Assembly: GCF_963921235.1 (NCBI RefSeq) | Contig: NC_086120.1 | Location: forward strand, 9,114,001-9,178,000 | Origin: Mobula hypostoma | Taxonomy: Eukaryota | Length of the DNA stretch: 64,000 nucleotides | Reading direction: 5' to 3' | In this document: positions 24,129 through 37,600 of the stretch, piece after piece | Layout: each line of letters starts with the position of its first letter | How positions within the stretch are numbered: position 1 is the first letter of the stretch | Notes under the pieces: generated by a model | Told to the model about the DNA's origin: nothing | Databases searched by the model: none | The model's input: the letters and a program-made list of their open reading frames with translations, nothing else | Made by a program: the position numbers and the translations under genes

Positions 24129-25504
24129 CGTTTTGTGATACATTATCAGTATCAGACTGACAACCGGTAATGGTGACTAACTACCAATAAAGATGATCAG
24201 TGCAGGAATGATTTCTGTGTGCTCCTTTCGTCTTCTTTCGTGTTTTCCCTATTCTGATACCGAGTGGGAGGAGGGAAGAGAGAGGAGACTCGTCTCTCTC
24301 TGGTTCGTGAAGTTCAGGAAATCTCTCCGGGAGCCTTGGACACCGAATATCAGCAACGAAAGACGGGAAGTTCCATTGCGGAGATACTGGAAAGAATCGG
24401 GTCAGGGTGGTGGGTTGACTGTGAGGCTGCGATGTAAAATGAGAACAAAGCAGTTGGTTTTGGGAAGGTTAGTAAAGGAAATGAACATAAACGTGGCTGG
24501 AAATATTCAGTTTCTGTAGCAACACTGGTGGAGAGAGGAATAAATTGTAATTGCATTCCGGGCTAATGAAGTTTTGCCAGAAATGACCAATACTGACACA
24601 AACTGGACAGTCTGGTTATCTGAGACAGTTGAAATAAAGACCGGGTCACAAGGTTGATGTTTAAGTTCTGTTCCTCAATTATCTATTGAGCGATGGCGTG
24701 TCGTGCGGGAGTCCGGAGACAAAGTAGTTCGGGATTTGGTTCGGCGGATTAGTTCCGGATCACTTTTCCACTTCCCTCTCAACTGTACTCTCGGCCTCCC
24801 TCCCATCTCCTTCGCAACCCCACCCACTCCGCCAATGCTTCCTAGACTGAAACCTTATCTTCTCCCCATTTGCAGCGCCACTGCAATCATTTCCCAACCC
24901 TGTTCCGAATTTAATCCTTCCTCTCCCTCCCCACCAACTCGCTCAGAGCCCTCCACCGCTGACCCCGCCTCATCCCCTTGCCGTTACTTCGATGGACGGG
25001 GTAGTCGCCATTGGGCGATTCAGTCCGGGATTTCAAACAATGACTGTTTCCCTCGGCTTAGCATGATAATGGTGGCAGAGGGAGGAAGAGTGTGTGTGTC
25101 AGAGAAAGAGAGATATACACAGAGGGAAGGAGAGATGGGATGGATAGAGAGAGGGGGTGACAGAGAAACAGCCGATAGCGAAGGTGAGATCAGAGAATGA
25201 AACGCCCAGGAGACAGAAAGGCGAGAAGGGAACCGGTTGGGAGAGTTGCGGGATGGGTAACAGAGGGGAGGTAAAGAGAGAACCAGCAATCCTGGTACAA
25301 CTGGAAGTGTATTCAGTGCTGTTTGTACTTGCATGGAAAGGTCGAGTGGAGGGGAAATCCAAGGTTCGACTTCGCCCTGCACAGAGTTCCTGAGAAAGAA
25401 AACGCACTCACAAAAACACCACCCCCGATGGGCAAGTCCCACCATTCCAATCAAACAAAGAAACCTCACACCGACCTGTTCCCAAGTTGCTCTCTGAGTT
25501 CCTA

Positions 25505-25810
25505 TTAGTCAAGGATCAGAGGGAAGAGTCTGAGAAGACAAGGACATTCCCTTCGAACAGCGATGAGGAGGAATTTCTCTCGCGAGAGGGTGGTGAATCG
25601 ATGGAATTCATTGCGACAGACGGCTGTGTCGGCCAAGTCATTAAGTATACTTAAAGTGGAGGGTGACAGGTACTTGAAAAGTAAACGCGTCGACGCGGAT
25701 GCGGACAAGGCAGAAGCAGGGGAATGAGAGGGATAATAAATCAGCCATGATGGAATGGTGGAGTAGATGAGCTGAATGACGTGTTTCTGCTCCTACGTGT
25801 TGTGATCTTA
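25505..25810 (+). mobile_element. CR1/HER1 3'-end fragment (copy 1)
   Basis: gatgaggaggaatttc..gggtggtgaatc.atggaattcattgc..ggccaagtcatt..atcagccatgatggaatgg, homologous to ~6480-6700. Confidence 0.7.
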
Positions 25811-25917
25811 TGGTGGAATTTATCAAAACACATAATGAGGCCATTCAGCCCATTGGGTCCATGTAGAGCAACCCCATTGGTGCCTGTTCGATTTTCCTCA
25901 AACATGCATCAAGTACT

Positions 25918-28532
25918 TGTTACCAGGTTTGGATATGGCCCAATTGCGGAGTGAGAGACACTGAAGCAGGTCGATAGTTCACAAACTTTACTGCGAACAG
26001 TGTTTGAGGGAAAATAAACAATAAACGCTTGGCCAAATAGAGCAGTTAACTAAAAATCTCAAATGAGAACCGAAGTCTACACTGCGGCTGAAAAGAAAAT
26101 CTAAACATTAAACGAATACTGCAAAGTCTTCAGAGTCAGTTAACTCGACCAATTTCTCAGCGAAAGGCCGAAAGCAAAACAGACAGCGAAGCGTTAATGT
26201 TCTCTGTCCAAGTCTCGACAAGCACTACGACGACAGGTATGGAGTTCAATACTGTCACGATTAAATAATTAGCTGACACGTGCAAATTCACAAGCACAAT
26301 TGCTGTATCTACCTCGCTGCCGCATCCGTGGTTGTGACAGGGCCCTCTTCTCCAAGCGCAGCGCCTGAGGCGCACAGACCTGTGTCCGCTGGAAGTCCCG
26401 TATCAGCGATTGGTCCAAGATGTCCTTCGCCGGTATCCAAGTACGCTATTCTGGGCCATACCCTTCTCAGTCCACAAGGTACTGGACCTTAACACGTACC
26501 CAGCGAGATGCCAGGAGGCGCCACATAGTATAGACAAGGGAACCATCTACCAGGCGGGGAGGAGGGGGATGTGGGGTGAGTGGGGCCAGGGGAGAGGTAG
26601 TAAAAGGCTTCAGCTGGGAAACATGGAATACTGGTGGATCTTCAGTGATGCTGGTAGACGCAGTCTATAGGCACCTTGCTGACAGCCCTTTCCACTACAA
26701 ACGGTCCCACGTAGCGCGGTGCCAGTTTCCGGTTCTCGACTTTCAGAAGAAGATCCGTTGATACCAACCAGACCTCCTCTCCTGGCTTGAATGGCCTGAC
26801 CTGTCGACGGAGCCGATCAGCCTGCCGGGAATGCTGTTTCTTGGCGCGCAGCAGAGAAGCCCTGGCTTGTCTCCTGGTGCGCTTGTAGCGCTGAATCAGC
26901 TGTTCAGCAGCAGGAACTCCCACGTCGGCGCTGGGATCCTTCCTGGCATTCAAAGGGAGACATACCAGTTGGGAGGTCCAGAATGTGGGGCTGGAAGAGG
27001 AAAGACAGCGCAGGGTTGTCTCCAACTCCTGGTTCATTCTCTCCGTCCGGCCAGTAGATTGGGGGTGGAAGCCAGACGAGAGGCTGGCCGTGACTCCAAA
27101 AAGAGAGCAGAAACGCTTCCAAAAGCGGGAAGTGAACCGTGGTCCACGATCAGACAATATGTCTTGAGGGAAGCCATGGAGCCTGAACACGTGTTGAACC
27201 ATGAGTGTGGCAGTCTCCCGAGCCGATGGGAGCCTGGGGAGGGCAATGAAGTGGGCAGCCTTGGAAAATCGATCTACAACGACCAAAATGGTGGTGTTTC
27301 CATTAGACGAGGGCAGACCAGTGATGAAATGTACTGAGAGGTGGGACCAGGGGCGATGGGGCACAGGCAATGGACATAACAGACCCGCAGGACTCTGACG
27401 TAATGTCTTGTTTCGAGCGCAGGTGGGACAGGCAGATACAAAGTCGTGGACATCCTGGGACATAGATGGCCACCAACACTGTCTCTTTATAAACTCCTGA
27501 GTCCGTTGAATTCCCGGATGTCCAGTCAAACGGGAGGAGTGACCCCATTCCAACAATTTGGAACGCACCGCAGCAGGGACAAACAGCCGGTTGGGAGGTC
27601 CCCATCCACGCCTGGATCTGATTGTTGGGCGGCCCTCACCTCTGCCTCTGTTCCCCAGATCACCGGAGCAGCGATACACGAGCGAGGAAGTATGGGCTCT
27701 GGATCGGCATTGTCCTCAGATCCGTCAAACTGCCGGGAGAAAGCGTCGGCCTTTGTATTCTTGCTGCCGGGACAATAAGTGAGGATGAAATTAAACCGTG
27801 TGTACAGAGAGCCCACCGGACTTGACCAGAGAGTATCTTAGCATCTGAATATAGGAGAGATTCTTGTGATCTGTTCAGACCAAGAATGGATGCTCTGCCC
27901 CCTCCAGCCTGTGTCGCCGTTCCTCTCGGGCCTCCTTGACAGCTAGAAGCTCCCAGTTCCCAACGTCGTAATTCCTTTCGGCCAGAGTTAAGCGACGGGA
28001 AAGAAAGGCACAAGGGTGCAGCCGGCTATCCACAGACGAGCGCTGAGAGAGGACAGCTCCAATGCCTACATCGGATGCATCCACCTCGATAATGAATGGC
28101 CGAGATGGGTCTGGGTGTTGCAGCAGCGGGGCTGTGTGAAACATCGCTTTAGCTCTGAAAATGTTTGGTCGGCATCGTCCGTCCAATAGAATCCTGCCGA
28201 GGTTTTCTTGGTGAGTGCATTCATTGGAGCCGCGATAGAGTCGGAATTCCGAATGAAGCGGCGATAAAAGTTCGCAAACCCCATGAAACGCCGTACCTGT
28301 TTGACTGTAGACGGTTTGGGCCACCCTGTAACTGCTTGAACTTTACTGGGGTCCATTTGAACACTGGATGGGGTAAGTATATAGCCCAAAAATGGCACCT
28401 GGTCTTTATGGAATTCACATTTTTCAGGCTTGGCGTACAGGTTGTTTTCAAGAAGGCGTCTGAGTCCTCTCCGAGCATGCTGTACGTGCTCTTGATGAGA
28501 GCGGGAAAAGGTAAGGATGTCACCTAAATACA
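25918..28532 (-). mobile_element. Element A: chromovirus (sushi-like) Ty3/Gypsy 3' half: RT end, RNaseH, integrase, chromodomain, 3' LTR
   Basis: YLGDILTFS..YAKPEKCEFH..FLGY; [27 protein letters not shown]; GHPG..CPTC..VVDRFSK..SDRGPRFTS..GRTERMNQ; chromodomain VQYLVD*EGYGPE*RTWIPAKDILD. LTR 25918-26339 with TG..CA ends, next to a purine tract. Confidence 0.9.
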
Positions 28533-31500
28533 TGTAATTCTCGCTTCGGCAAGCGGCTTAATATAGGGGTGATAGACCCCTGCCCGGCCAAATTTAAGAA
28601 ATCTCGTTTGAGTGGATGCTGCGGGATGTGTCCACTGTTACAAATCAGTACCCCGAAATAACAAACAGTATACAATATGCGATTAAACAATTAAGCTTCA
28701 TAATTCCTACTTTGACAAGAGGGTTAGGAAATAAAACGAAAAAAAGAAACGTGCCCATTCTTATGAAACAGTCTATTGCGCAATGTTGGAGCTCACTGAT
28801 AAGCCGGTCGTCTACCATCGACCTCCTCCGATCGTCGCTGCCCTTCAGACCCTCGCTCCAAGTCCACTCCGTCCGGTGGTCCACCAACTCCATCCATTCG
28901 GGTCTACTCTCCTCATCTCTCCCCGGCAAAAGACCGCCAAAATCTCTCTTCCAGACTCACAAGAACAAACAGCATGCCAAACACCGTTATCTCCAGTCAT
29001 AACCCAAACATTGCTTCTACAGAAAAATCATTACATTATCAGTGAAACCTTACAGCATGTTACACAGCAGTGAAACCCTACAGCATGTCACACTCTCCCC
29101 GCCAAATTTAGTCATGTCCTCGTGACGTTGATATAATTCGCCAACCCTTCTTGCAAAACACAAAGCCCAATCCAGGTGTAAAAGGCAGTGATAAAGCTCC
29201 CCAAAACAGTAGGGGTCACACTCTGTTCTCCTGGTGCTGCGTAGGCCAACTTATCCGGTGGTCTCCTAATTCTCTGAGACCTCCGCGCCCCATCATCTAA
29301 CTCCTCAGGTTCTGACACTACTGGGGATGCTTCCAGTCTACCTGGCGAGGCCTCCCCGGGTCTATCACTCCAGCCCACCTGCAACTCGGAGCCCTCTGTC
29401 CCGTGATCAAACCCTGCTTCCTCCCCTGCAGAGTCCCGCTGCAACATCGGCTGTCCACAGATCGCCCTTCCCCATTCCCTCCTTCCCCGAACACGTCACC
29501 TGTCTCAGTGGGAGAAGTGTTGGGAGTCTCTTCCTCAATCAATGGGGAGTTAGCGAAAGGCAGCATATGCCACACATCCAGGTCCTCATCCTCCGAATTG
29601 GTATCCCTGTCAGGGGTGGGAGTCCGGCCTAACCTCGCCTGTTGAGGGCCCGGTAGTCACCCCGCGTTTCCGCAGAGTCCTCGTACTAGGTGTAGGCTCC
29701 AAGTCGGGCTCTTGGTCTACCTGCACCTCTTGACCCAGGGACAACAGGTGGTTCTGGTGGAGAATCTTGATAGGCCCATTCCCATCCTTTGGTTTCACCC
29801 GAAAAACTGGTAGGTTTGGCTTCTGACTCTCCACCACATGGGGCGTAGCCGCCCAGCGGTCAGCCAACTTATGCTTTCCAGGTAGCCCCAAATTCCTTAT
29901 GAGGACTCTGTCTCTCGACCGCGACCCCAGCTAATTCATAAGCCCTTTTCAACTCTCTTCTTATGTCAGACACATACTTCAGATAAGTCTTCGGTGGTAA
30001 GTCACCCTCGTCAGTCCCAAAACAAAGGTCGTTGGGCAACCTTGCCTCACGTCCGAACATCAGATTATATGGCGAGTACACAGTATCTTCATTTCGTGTA
30101 CAATTATAACTGTGAACCAGATGCCCAATATGTTGACTCCGCCTGTTTTTCTTGCAGATCTCCAGTGTCCCGAGCATGTCAAGCAAGGTCGGATTTAACC
30201 TCTCTGGCTGGGGATCACCCTGTTGGTGATTGGGCGTGGTCCTCGAACGCGACTCCAAGTATGCCCAGTAACTCACGGATTAGTCTGCTCTCGAAATCCC
30301 GTCCCTGATCACGATGCATTCGCCTGGGAAAGCTATAATAAACGAGATACTTCTCCCATAACATTTTTCCCACCGTAGACGCCCTCTAGTCCTTGGTAGG
30401 AAATGTCACAATGGGGTGCTGGGAACAGACCCAAATGCAAGACACAGACACTGAAATACAAGGAACAGGACATGACTAGAGTAGGGACGTGACAGGATTC
30501 AGACCAGGATCAGGGACAAGAGCACAGACTTGGGCTAGGGAAAGCGGGACCAGGACTAGAAACCATGGAATAGGAGACAAGGCTTCGACTCCGAGCCCGA
30601 GACTGGACAAGGACCCAGAACCTGGGCCTTGCCTCGGGCTCGGACCCCAGAACCAGGCAAGGACATGACATGGCTTCAGGACAGGACGTGGCTGGGGTCT
30701 GAAGGCCTGAGCTCGGAGACAGGCCGGGGCCCTTGCTCTTGAGCTTGGTTGCAGGCTGGGGTCTTGGGTCTTGAGCTTGGCTTGGGATCCTCGAGGTTTG
30801 GGTTCTTGGAGATTGGCTGCGGGATTGTCGAAGCTTGGGTTCTTGGAGTTCAGCGACAGACTGGGAACCGAACATCAACATAGAGCCGGGACTTATCCTT
30901 CGACAAGCCGGGACTCATCTGTAACACGACACTGACATGAGACAGGACAGAACATAGACATAGAGCGGGGACTTATCCTAACACAAGCCGGGACTCAACT
31001 TCATCTCCACACCAAGGTGGGAAAGGTCCCTCCTTCAGGTAACAGAACAACGGCCGGACTTACCCAACAGAGGCGAGGACAAGACAAGACAAGACAGGAC
31101 CCTGCGCAGGGCAACGGCAGAACGGCCTGACTTACCCCACGGATGCGAGGACAAGACAAGACAGATCCCCCCGCAAGGCAACGGAAAAACAGCCTGGCTT
31201 ACCCCACGGAAACGAGGACAAGAAGAGACTAAAGAACGACAGACAATTCCATCTCTGCTCCGGGGAAGCTCCGAGTCTCAGTTCAGCCAGGAACCTCAGC
31301 TGGCTAAGGAAACAGCTGGATCCCTACCTAGCTCGGAGTGGCTGGCAACCACTCAGCTGGCCCAGGAAACAACCGAATGCATACCGCAAACACTATTCCA
31401 ACGAGTGGCAACAAGGCTCCATGAAGCGGTGGTCCTCCAACTAGGTCTAGAGATCATGAAAGGTTTCACTAGTCTTCCATCAGCAGGTTGCTCGAAAGGG

Positions 31501-34500
31501 GACTGACAAGACAAACCAGAAGCCCACACTCAACCCCAAGGCTACTTATATTGAAAGCCCCAAGATGGGAATCAGATGTCTATGCTTAACTCAATCAAAC
31601 GAGGGACAGCTGGAAGACCCGGAGTCCTGAGTCCACGGACCGGACCGTGAACAGGAATGAGGACTTCACGGACCAGACCATGATAGGAAAAGCCAGAGTA
31701 TATCTGGTGTTGTGGTCCGTGATTACCAAGACATTCGCCGTGTTGCTGGCATCAGGTTTTATTGACAGGAAACCCATACACACCAGGTCCAGAGGCCCCG
31801 CATTCTGCAGGTGGGACAGGAGAGCTGCCCGCGTAGGCAGTGTATTCCGCCGTATGCATCGAATGCATGACTTGCAGTCTTCTTCGACCTCCGACTTCAT
31901 TCGGGGCCAGTAAAACCGGTCTCTGAGTGATCCATAGGTCTTTCCCACCCCCAAATGTCCAGAATCATCATGAAGTGACTTCACCGCCATCCTCCAATAC
32001 TTCTCGGGCAGAACCAGCTGGCAACGCCGGGGTCGGTCTGGGGGTGACGTGACCCGGTATAGGATCTGGATCTTCAACTCCAACCGAGGCCATTCTCGTA
32101 GTAATGGAGGCACCGACGCGTGTTTCGTCCTCTCCGCCTGAGCCATGTCTCTCTTTTCGACCGCCGCCTAATTGGTACCAATGCCCGGATCATCTCGCTG
32201 AGCAGCAGCCACTTCCCCAGAACTCAATTCCGGCCGCTGATCTGTCTTCAGAACAGTCAGGTTACAATAAACTTGGGGTGGCGTCATCAGAAGCCCCCAA
32301 TTGATCCACCGCTCGCTCTTGCCCCTCCTTTTCCTCTGCCTTCACGGTGATGGCAAAGTGCACAGGGCCTTCACCCCCAGGGCAGGGACGCTCTCTCACT
32401 CCTCGGTCCTGACCACTCCCTCGTCCGCCCGTCGGGACAAAGCATCATCATCGACGTTCCTGCTTCCCGGCCGGTACTTCAGGCTGAAATCATAGGCAGA
32501 CATCCTCGCCAACCACCGATGGGTGTGGCATCCAGTTTCGCCGAGGTCAGGATATAAGTTAGGGGGTTGTTGTCCGTCCTCACCTCAAACTTGGCCCCGT
32601 AGAGGTCGTCACTCAGCTTATCCACCACCGCCATTTCAACGCCAGAAATTCCAACTTGTGCGTGGGATAGTTTTTCTCGGAGGGCGACAGACTCCGTCTG
32701 ACAAACGTCACAGGCCACAACCCGGAGCCCTGACCCTGATACACGACGCCCCCAGACCCTCTCGTCTGGCAAAATTTCTAGTACATACGGTAATCGAGGG
32801 TCCGCAAAAGCCAGAACTGGCGCCTGGGTCAGCAGCTCCTTCAGCGACTGAAGGCCTCCTCACATTTTGCATCCCACCTCGGTCCAAAGGGCTCTGACGG
32901 GCTATGATAGTCTCCACCCTCTTGTCCATTTTTCCCCTCTTTTTCCTCCCCAAGGGAGGGTAACTGCACAGAAGCTGATTGAAAGGGTGTCTCACTTTCA
33001 CGTAGCCTTCCACAAACCCCTGATAGTAACCACAGAACCTGAGGAACGAGCGCAGAGTGCTGACAGTCTGGGGTTTCGCCAATTGGTAATCGCCTCGATC
33101 TTAGCTGGGTCTAAACTACCCCATTCCGTGAGACTATGTGCCCAACGTAGCTAAACAGACGTTTGGCAGAACTGGCACTTGCCAAGTGAAAGCTTTAATG
33201 CTTCAGCTTTCAGACGGCCCAGCACCTTCAGCAGCCTCGCTTAATGTTTTTCCAAGGTGGATTCAAATACTATGAGGTCATTCAGAGATACCACTACCTC
33301 AAGCAAGTTCATATCCCCCACCGTCTTCTCCATGACCCACTGGAAGGTTGCAGGAGCTCCCGAAATGCCCTGGGGCATCCTTCCGAACTGGCAAAATCCC
33401 GGAGGAAATATAAATGCCGTTTTTCCTTTGTCGGCCTCACTCATGGAGATCTGGAAATATCCACTCCTCAAGTCCAGCACAGTGAACCACTTCACACCAC
33501 TCAGGCAGACCAGCGCGTCTTCAATCCTCGGGACAGTATCCTGGTCAGGGATGGTGCGCCTGTTCAGAGTCCTATAGTTTACACACATCCGTACCTTCCC
33601 ATTCATCTTCTGGGGACGCATCGGGGCTTCGGGACTCGGTGGTGATCCCAGCTTCATTCAACTTACACAAATGCTGCCGAATGTCCTCCAGCTGTGCAGG
33701 GGCCAGCCGCCGCGACCTTTCTCTGAACGGGGTATCCTCAGTCACCTGGATAGTGTGACGCGTGCTCTTGGAACAACCCACATCAAACTCGTCAGTGGAA
33801 AATACACCTTCCAGCTTAAACGCCTTCTCTACCAACCTCCTCTTCCAATCCGCAGGAACCCGGGAGTTCCCGAAGTTGAATGACTCAGCCGTCAACGTTC
33901 CCCCCTTTTCCAATAGTTTCTCTGCGGCGTGACTCACAGGGGCACTAGACAATACCATCACTGCAAACAAATGCACCAGGGGCATCCCCCGCTTGAAGGT
34001 CACCTCCGTCTTCGTAGAGTTCCTGACAATCACTGCCATCCTGCTTGCCTGTACAACCGAGGGCTTCTGCGATTCGGGCCTCACTAGTACCCCAGCAGGA
34101 AATCCTGACTCCCGCTCGTGGTCTTCCGGTGTGTCCACTGAGAGGGCACTCCTGGAAATTTGGGGGTCCCCATCACTCTCGTCACTTCCCCGGGCCGTAC
34201 TACCATTGGCATCGACTGGGTGAACCACACAGTCCCTCGTCTAAATTCGATATCCGGCCTGATGCAGCAACGCACTTCCTCAAAAGCAGTTCGAAACACC
34301 GGGTGCACGGACAATGTTCCCAGAAAGCTCTCGCCAGCCTTCTCCTTGCAGGCCCTCATGAGCCTCTTCACAAGAGGGGTGTTGGTCCCCACCAGAATTG
34401 AAACGCCGCCCTTCTCAATGTGGTCCGGACAAACCAGCACCAATGTATCAAGGACCTCAGACACTCCCATATCGGCTTGCGAGAACTCCAACTTGACTGA

Positions 34501-34670
34501 CAAATTACCGTCGTATGGATAATCACTAGCACTAAGCCCACAGATCTCCAGTGCCCTGAATAGTGTCAATGGTAAATGCTTCAGGTACCGGTTGTAAAAC
34601 GAACGGTGCAATAGCGTGACCTGTGACCCGGTGTCGAGTATGGTTTTAGCATAAATACCCTCTATTCGTA
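28533..34670 (-). mobile_element. Element B: second Ty3/Gypsy, degenerate pol (PR-RT-RH-IN) + 3' LTR, inserted in the RT of element A
   Basis: LTR 28533-29092 (TG..CA) with PPT GGCGGGGAGAG at 29093-29103. Protease ILDTGSQVT (~34615-34645); RT LDLRSGY..KTAF..RMPQG..SLND; integrase HDDSGHLG..C..C and PERLNPTLLDML. No gag visible. Confidence 0.9.
30404..31685. mobile_element. Element C: 1282-bp solo LTR in the integrase of element B, with 5-bp TSD
   Basis: Starts TGTCACA, ends CATGATA (decayed GTGACA-type end). GGAAA at 30399-30403 and 31686-31690; removal restores integrase LAFPTKD. Confidence 0.88.
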
Positions 34671-37600
34671 GCTTGGCTGCGGGATCATCGAGGCTAGGGT
34701 ACGGAGCTTGGCTGCGGGATCATCGAGGCTGGGGTACGGAGCTTGGCTGCGGGATCATCAAAGCTAGGGTACGGAGCTTGGCTGCGGGATCATCGAGGCT
34801 GGGGTACGGAGCTTGGCTGCGGGATCATCGAGGCTGGGGTACGGAGCTTGGCTGCGGGATCATCGAGGCTGGGGTACGGAGCTTGGCTGCGGGATCATCG
34901 AGGCTGGGGTACGGAGCTTGGCTGCGGGATCATCGAGGTTGGGGTAATTGGAGCTTCGCTGCGGGATCATCGAGGCTGGGATACGGAGCTTGGCTGCGGG
35001 ATCATCGAGGCTGGCGTACGGAGCTTGGCTGCGGGATCATGGAGGCTGGGGTACGGAGCTTGGCTGCGGGATCATCGAGGCTGGGGTACGGAGCTTGGCT
35101 GCGGGATCATCGGGGCTGGGGTACGGAGCTTGGCTGCGGGATCATCGAGGCTGGTGTACGGAGCTTGGCTGCGGCATCACCGAGGCTGGGGTACGGAGCT
35201 TGGCTGCGGGATCATCGAGGCTGGGGTACGGAGCTTGGCTACGGAATCACCGAGGCTGGGGTACGGAGCTTGGCTGCGGGATCATCGAGGCTGGGGTACT
35301 TGGAGATTAGCTGCGGGATCATCGAGGCTGGGGTACGGAGCTTGGCTGCGGGATCATGGAGGCTGGGGTACGGAGCTTGGCTGCGGGATCATCGAGGCTG
35401 GGGTTCTTGGAGCTTGGCTGCGGAATCATCGAGGCTGGGGTACTTGGAGCTCGGCTGCGGGGTTTTCGAGGCTTGGAGCTTGGCTGCGGGATCTTCAAGC
35501 CTGGGTTCTTGGAGCTTGGCTGCGGGATCTTCAAGCTTGGGTTCTTGGAGCTCGGCTGCGGGGTCTTCGAGGCTTGGAGCTTGGCTGCGGGATCTTCAAG
35601 CTTGGGTTCTTGGAGCTTGGCTGCGGGATCATCGAGGCTGGGGTACGGAGCTTGGCTGCGGGATCATCGAGGCTGGGGTACGGAGCTTGGCTGCGGGATC
35701 ATCGAGGCTGGGGTACGGAGCTTGGCTGCGGGATCATCGAGGCTGGGGTACGGAGCTTGGCTGCGGGATCATCGAGGCTGGGGTACTGAGCTTGGCTGCG
35801 GGATCATCGAGGCTGGGGTACGGAGCTTGGCTGCGGGATCATCGAGGCTGGGGTACGGAGCTTGGCTGCGGGATCATCGAGGCTGGGGTACTTGGAGCTT
35901 GGCTGCGGGATCATCGAGGCTGGGGTACTTGGATCTTGGCTACGGGATCATCGAGGCTGGGGGACTTGGAGCTTCGCTGCGGGATCATCGAGGCTGGGGT
36001 ACGGAGCTTGGCTGCGGTATCATCGAGGCTGGGGTACTTGGAGCTTCGCTACGGGATCATCGAGGCTGGGGTACGGAGCTTCGCTGAGGGATCATCGAGG
36101 CTGGGGTACGGAGCTTGGCTGCGGGATCATCGAGGCTGGGGTACTGAGCTTGGCTGCGCGATCATCGAGGCTGGGGTACGGAGCTTGGCTGCGGGATCAT
36201 CGAGGCTGCGGTACTGAGCTTGGCTGCGGGATCATCGAGGCTAGGGTACAGAGCTTGACTGCGGGATCATCGAGGCTGGGGTACGGAGCTTGGCTGCGGG
36301 ATCATCGAGGCTGGGGTACGGAGCTTGGCTGCGGGATCATCGAGGCTGGGGTACGGAGCTTGGCTGCGGGTTCATCGAGGCTGGGGTACGGAGCTTGGCT
36401 GCGGGATCATCGAGGCTGGGGTAATTGGAGCTTCGCTGCGGGATCATCGAGGCTGGGGTACGGAGCTTGGCTGCGGGATCATCGAGGCTGGGGTACGGAG
36501 CTTGGCTGCGGGATCATCGAGGCTGGGGTACGGAGCTTGGCTGCGGGATCATCGAGGCTGGGGTACGGAGCTTGGCAGCGGGATCATCGAGGCTGGGGTA
36601 CTTGGATCTTCGCTGCGGGATCATCGAGGCTGGGGTACTTGGAGCTTGGCTGCGGGATCATCGAGGCTGGGGTACGGAGCTTGGCTGCAGGATCATCGAG
36701 GCTGCGGTACTGAGCTTGGCTGCGGGATCATCGAGGCTGGGGTACGGAGCTTGGCTGCGGGATCATCGAGGCTGGGGTACGGAGCTTGGCTGCGGGATCA
36801 TCGAGGCTGGGGTACGGAGCTTGGCTGCGGGATCATCGAGGCTGGGGTACGGAGCTTAGCTGCGGGATCATCGAGGCTGGGGTACGGAGCTTGGCTGCGG
36901 GATCATCGAGGCTGGGGTACTTGGAGCTTCGCTGCGGGATCATCGAGGCTGGGGTACGGAGCTTGGCTGCGGGATCATCGAGGCTGGGGTACTGAGCTTG
37001 GCTGCGGGATCATCGAGACTAGGGTACGGAGCTTGGCTGCGGGATCATCGAGGCTGGGGTACGGAGCTTGGCTGCGGAATCATCGAGGCTGGGGTACGGA
37101 GCTTGGCTGCGGGATCATCGAGGCTGGGGTACGGAGCTTGGCTGCGGGATCATCGAGGCTGGGGTACGGAGCTTGGCTGCGGGATCATCGAGGCTGCGGT
37201 ACGGAGCTTGGCTGCGGGATCATCGATGCTGGGGTACTCAGCTTGGCTGCGGGATCATCGAGGCTGGGGTACGGAGCTTAGCTACGGGATCATCGAGGCT
37301 GGGGTACGGAGCTTGGCTGCGGGATCATCGAGGCTGGGGTACGGAGCTTGGCTGCGGGATCATCGAGGCTGGAGTACGGAGCTTGGCTGCGGGATCATCG
37401 AGGCTGGGGTACTGAGCTTGGCTGCGGGATCATCGAGGCTGGGGTAATGAGCTTGGCTGCGGGATCATCGAGGCTGGGGTACGGAGCTTGGCTGCGGGAT
37501 CATCGAGGCTGGGGTACGGAGCTTGGCTGCGGGATCATCGCGGCTGGGGTACTTGGAGCTTGGCTGCGGGATCATCGAGGCTGGGGTACTTGGATCTTGG

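Noticed and set aside
26253-26339. Unusually short 87-bp LTR (TGTCAC..GTGACA)
   Set aside because: LTR-like sequence continues to a TGTTAC end at 25918, giving a more ordinary 422-bp LTR. The inner TGTCAC is probably internal.
30510-30881. 123-aa Ser/Pro/Gln-rich ORF
   Set aside because: It lies inside solo LTR C across its internal repeats and shows no domain signature.
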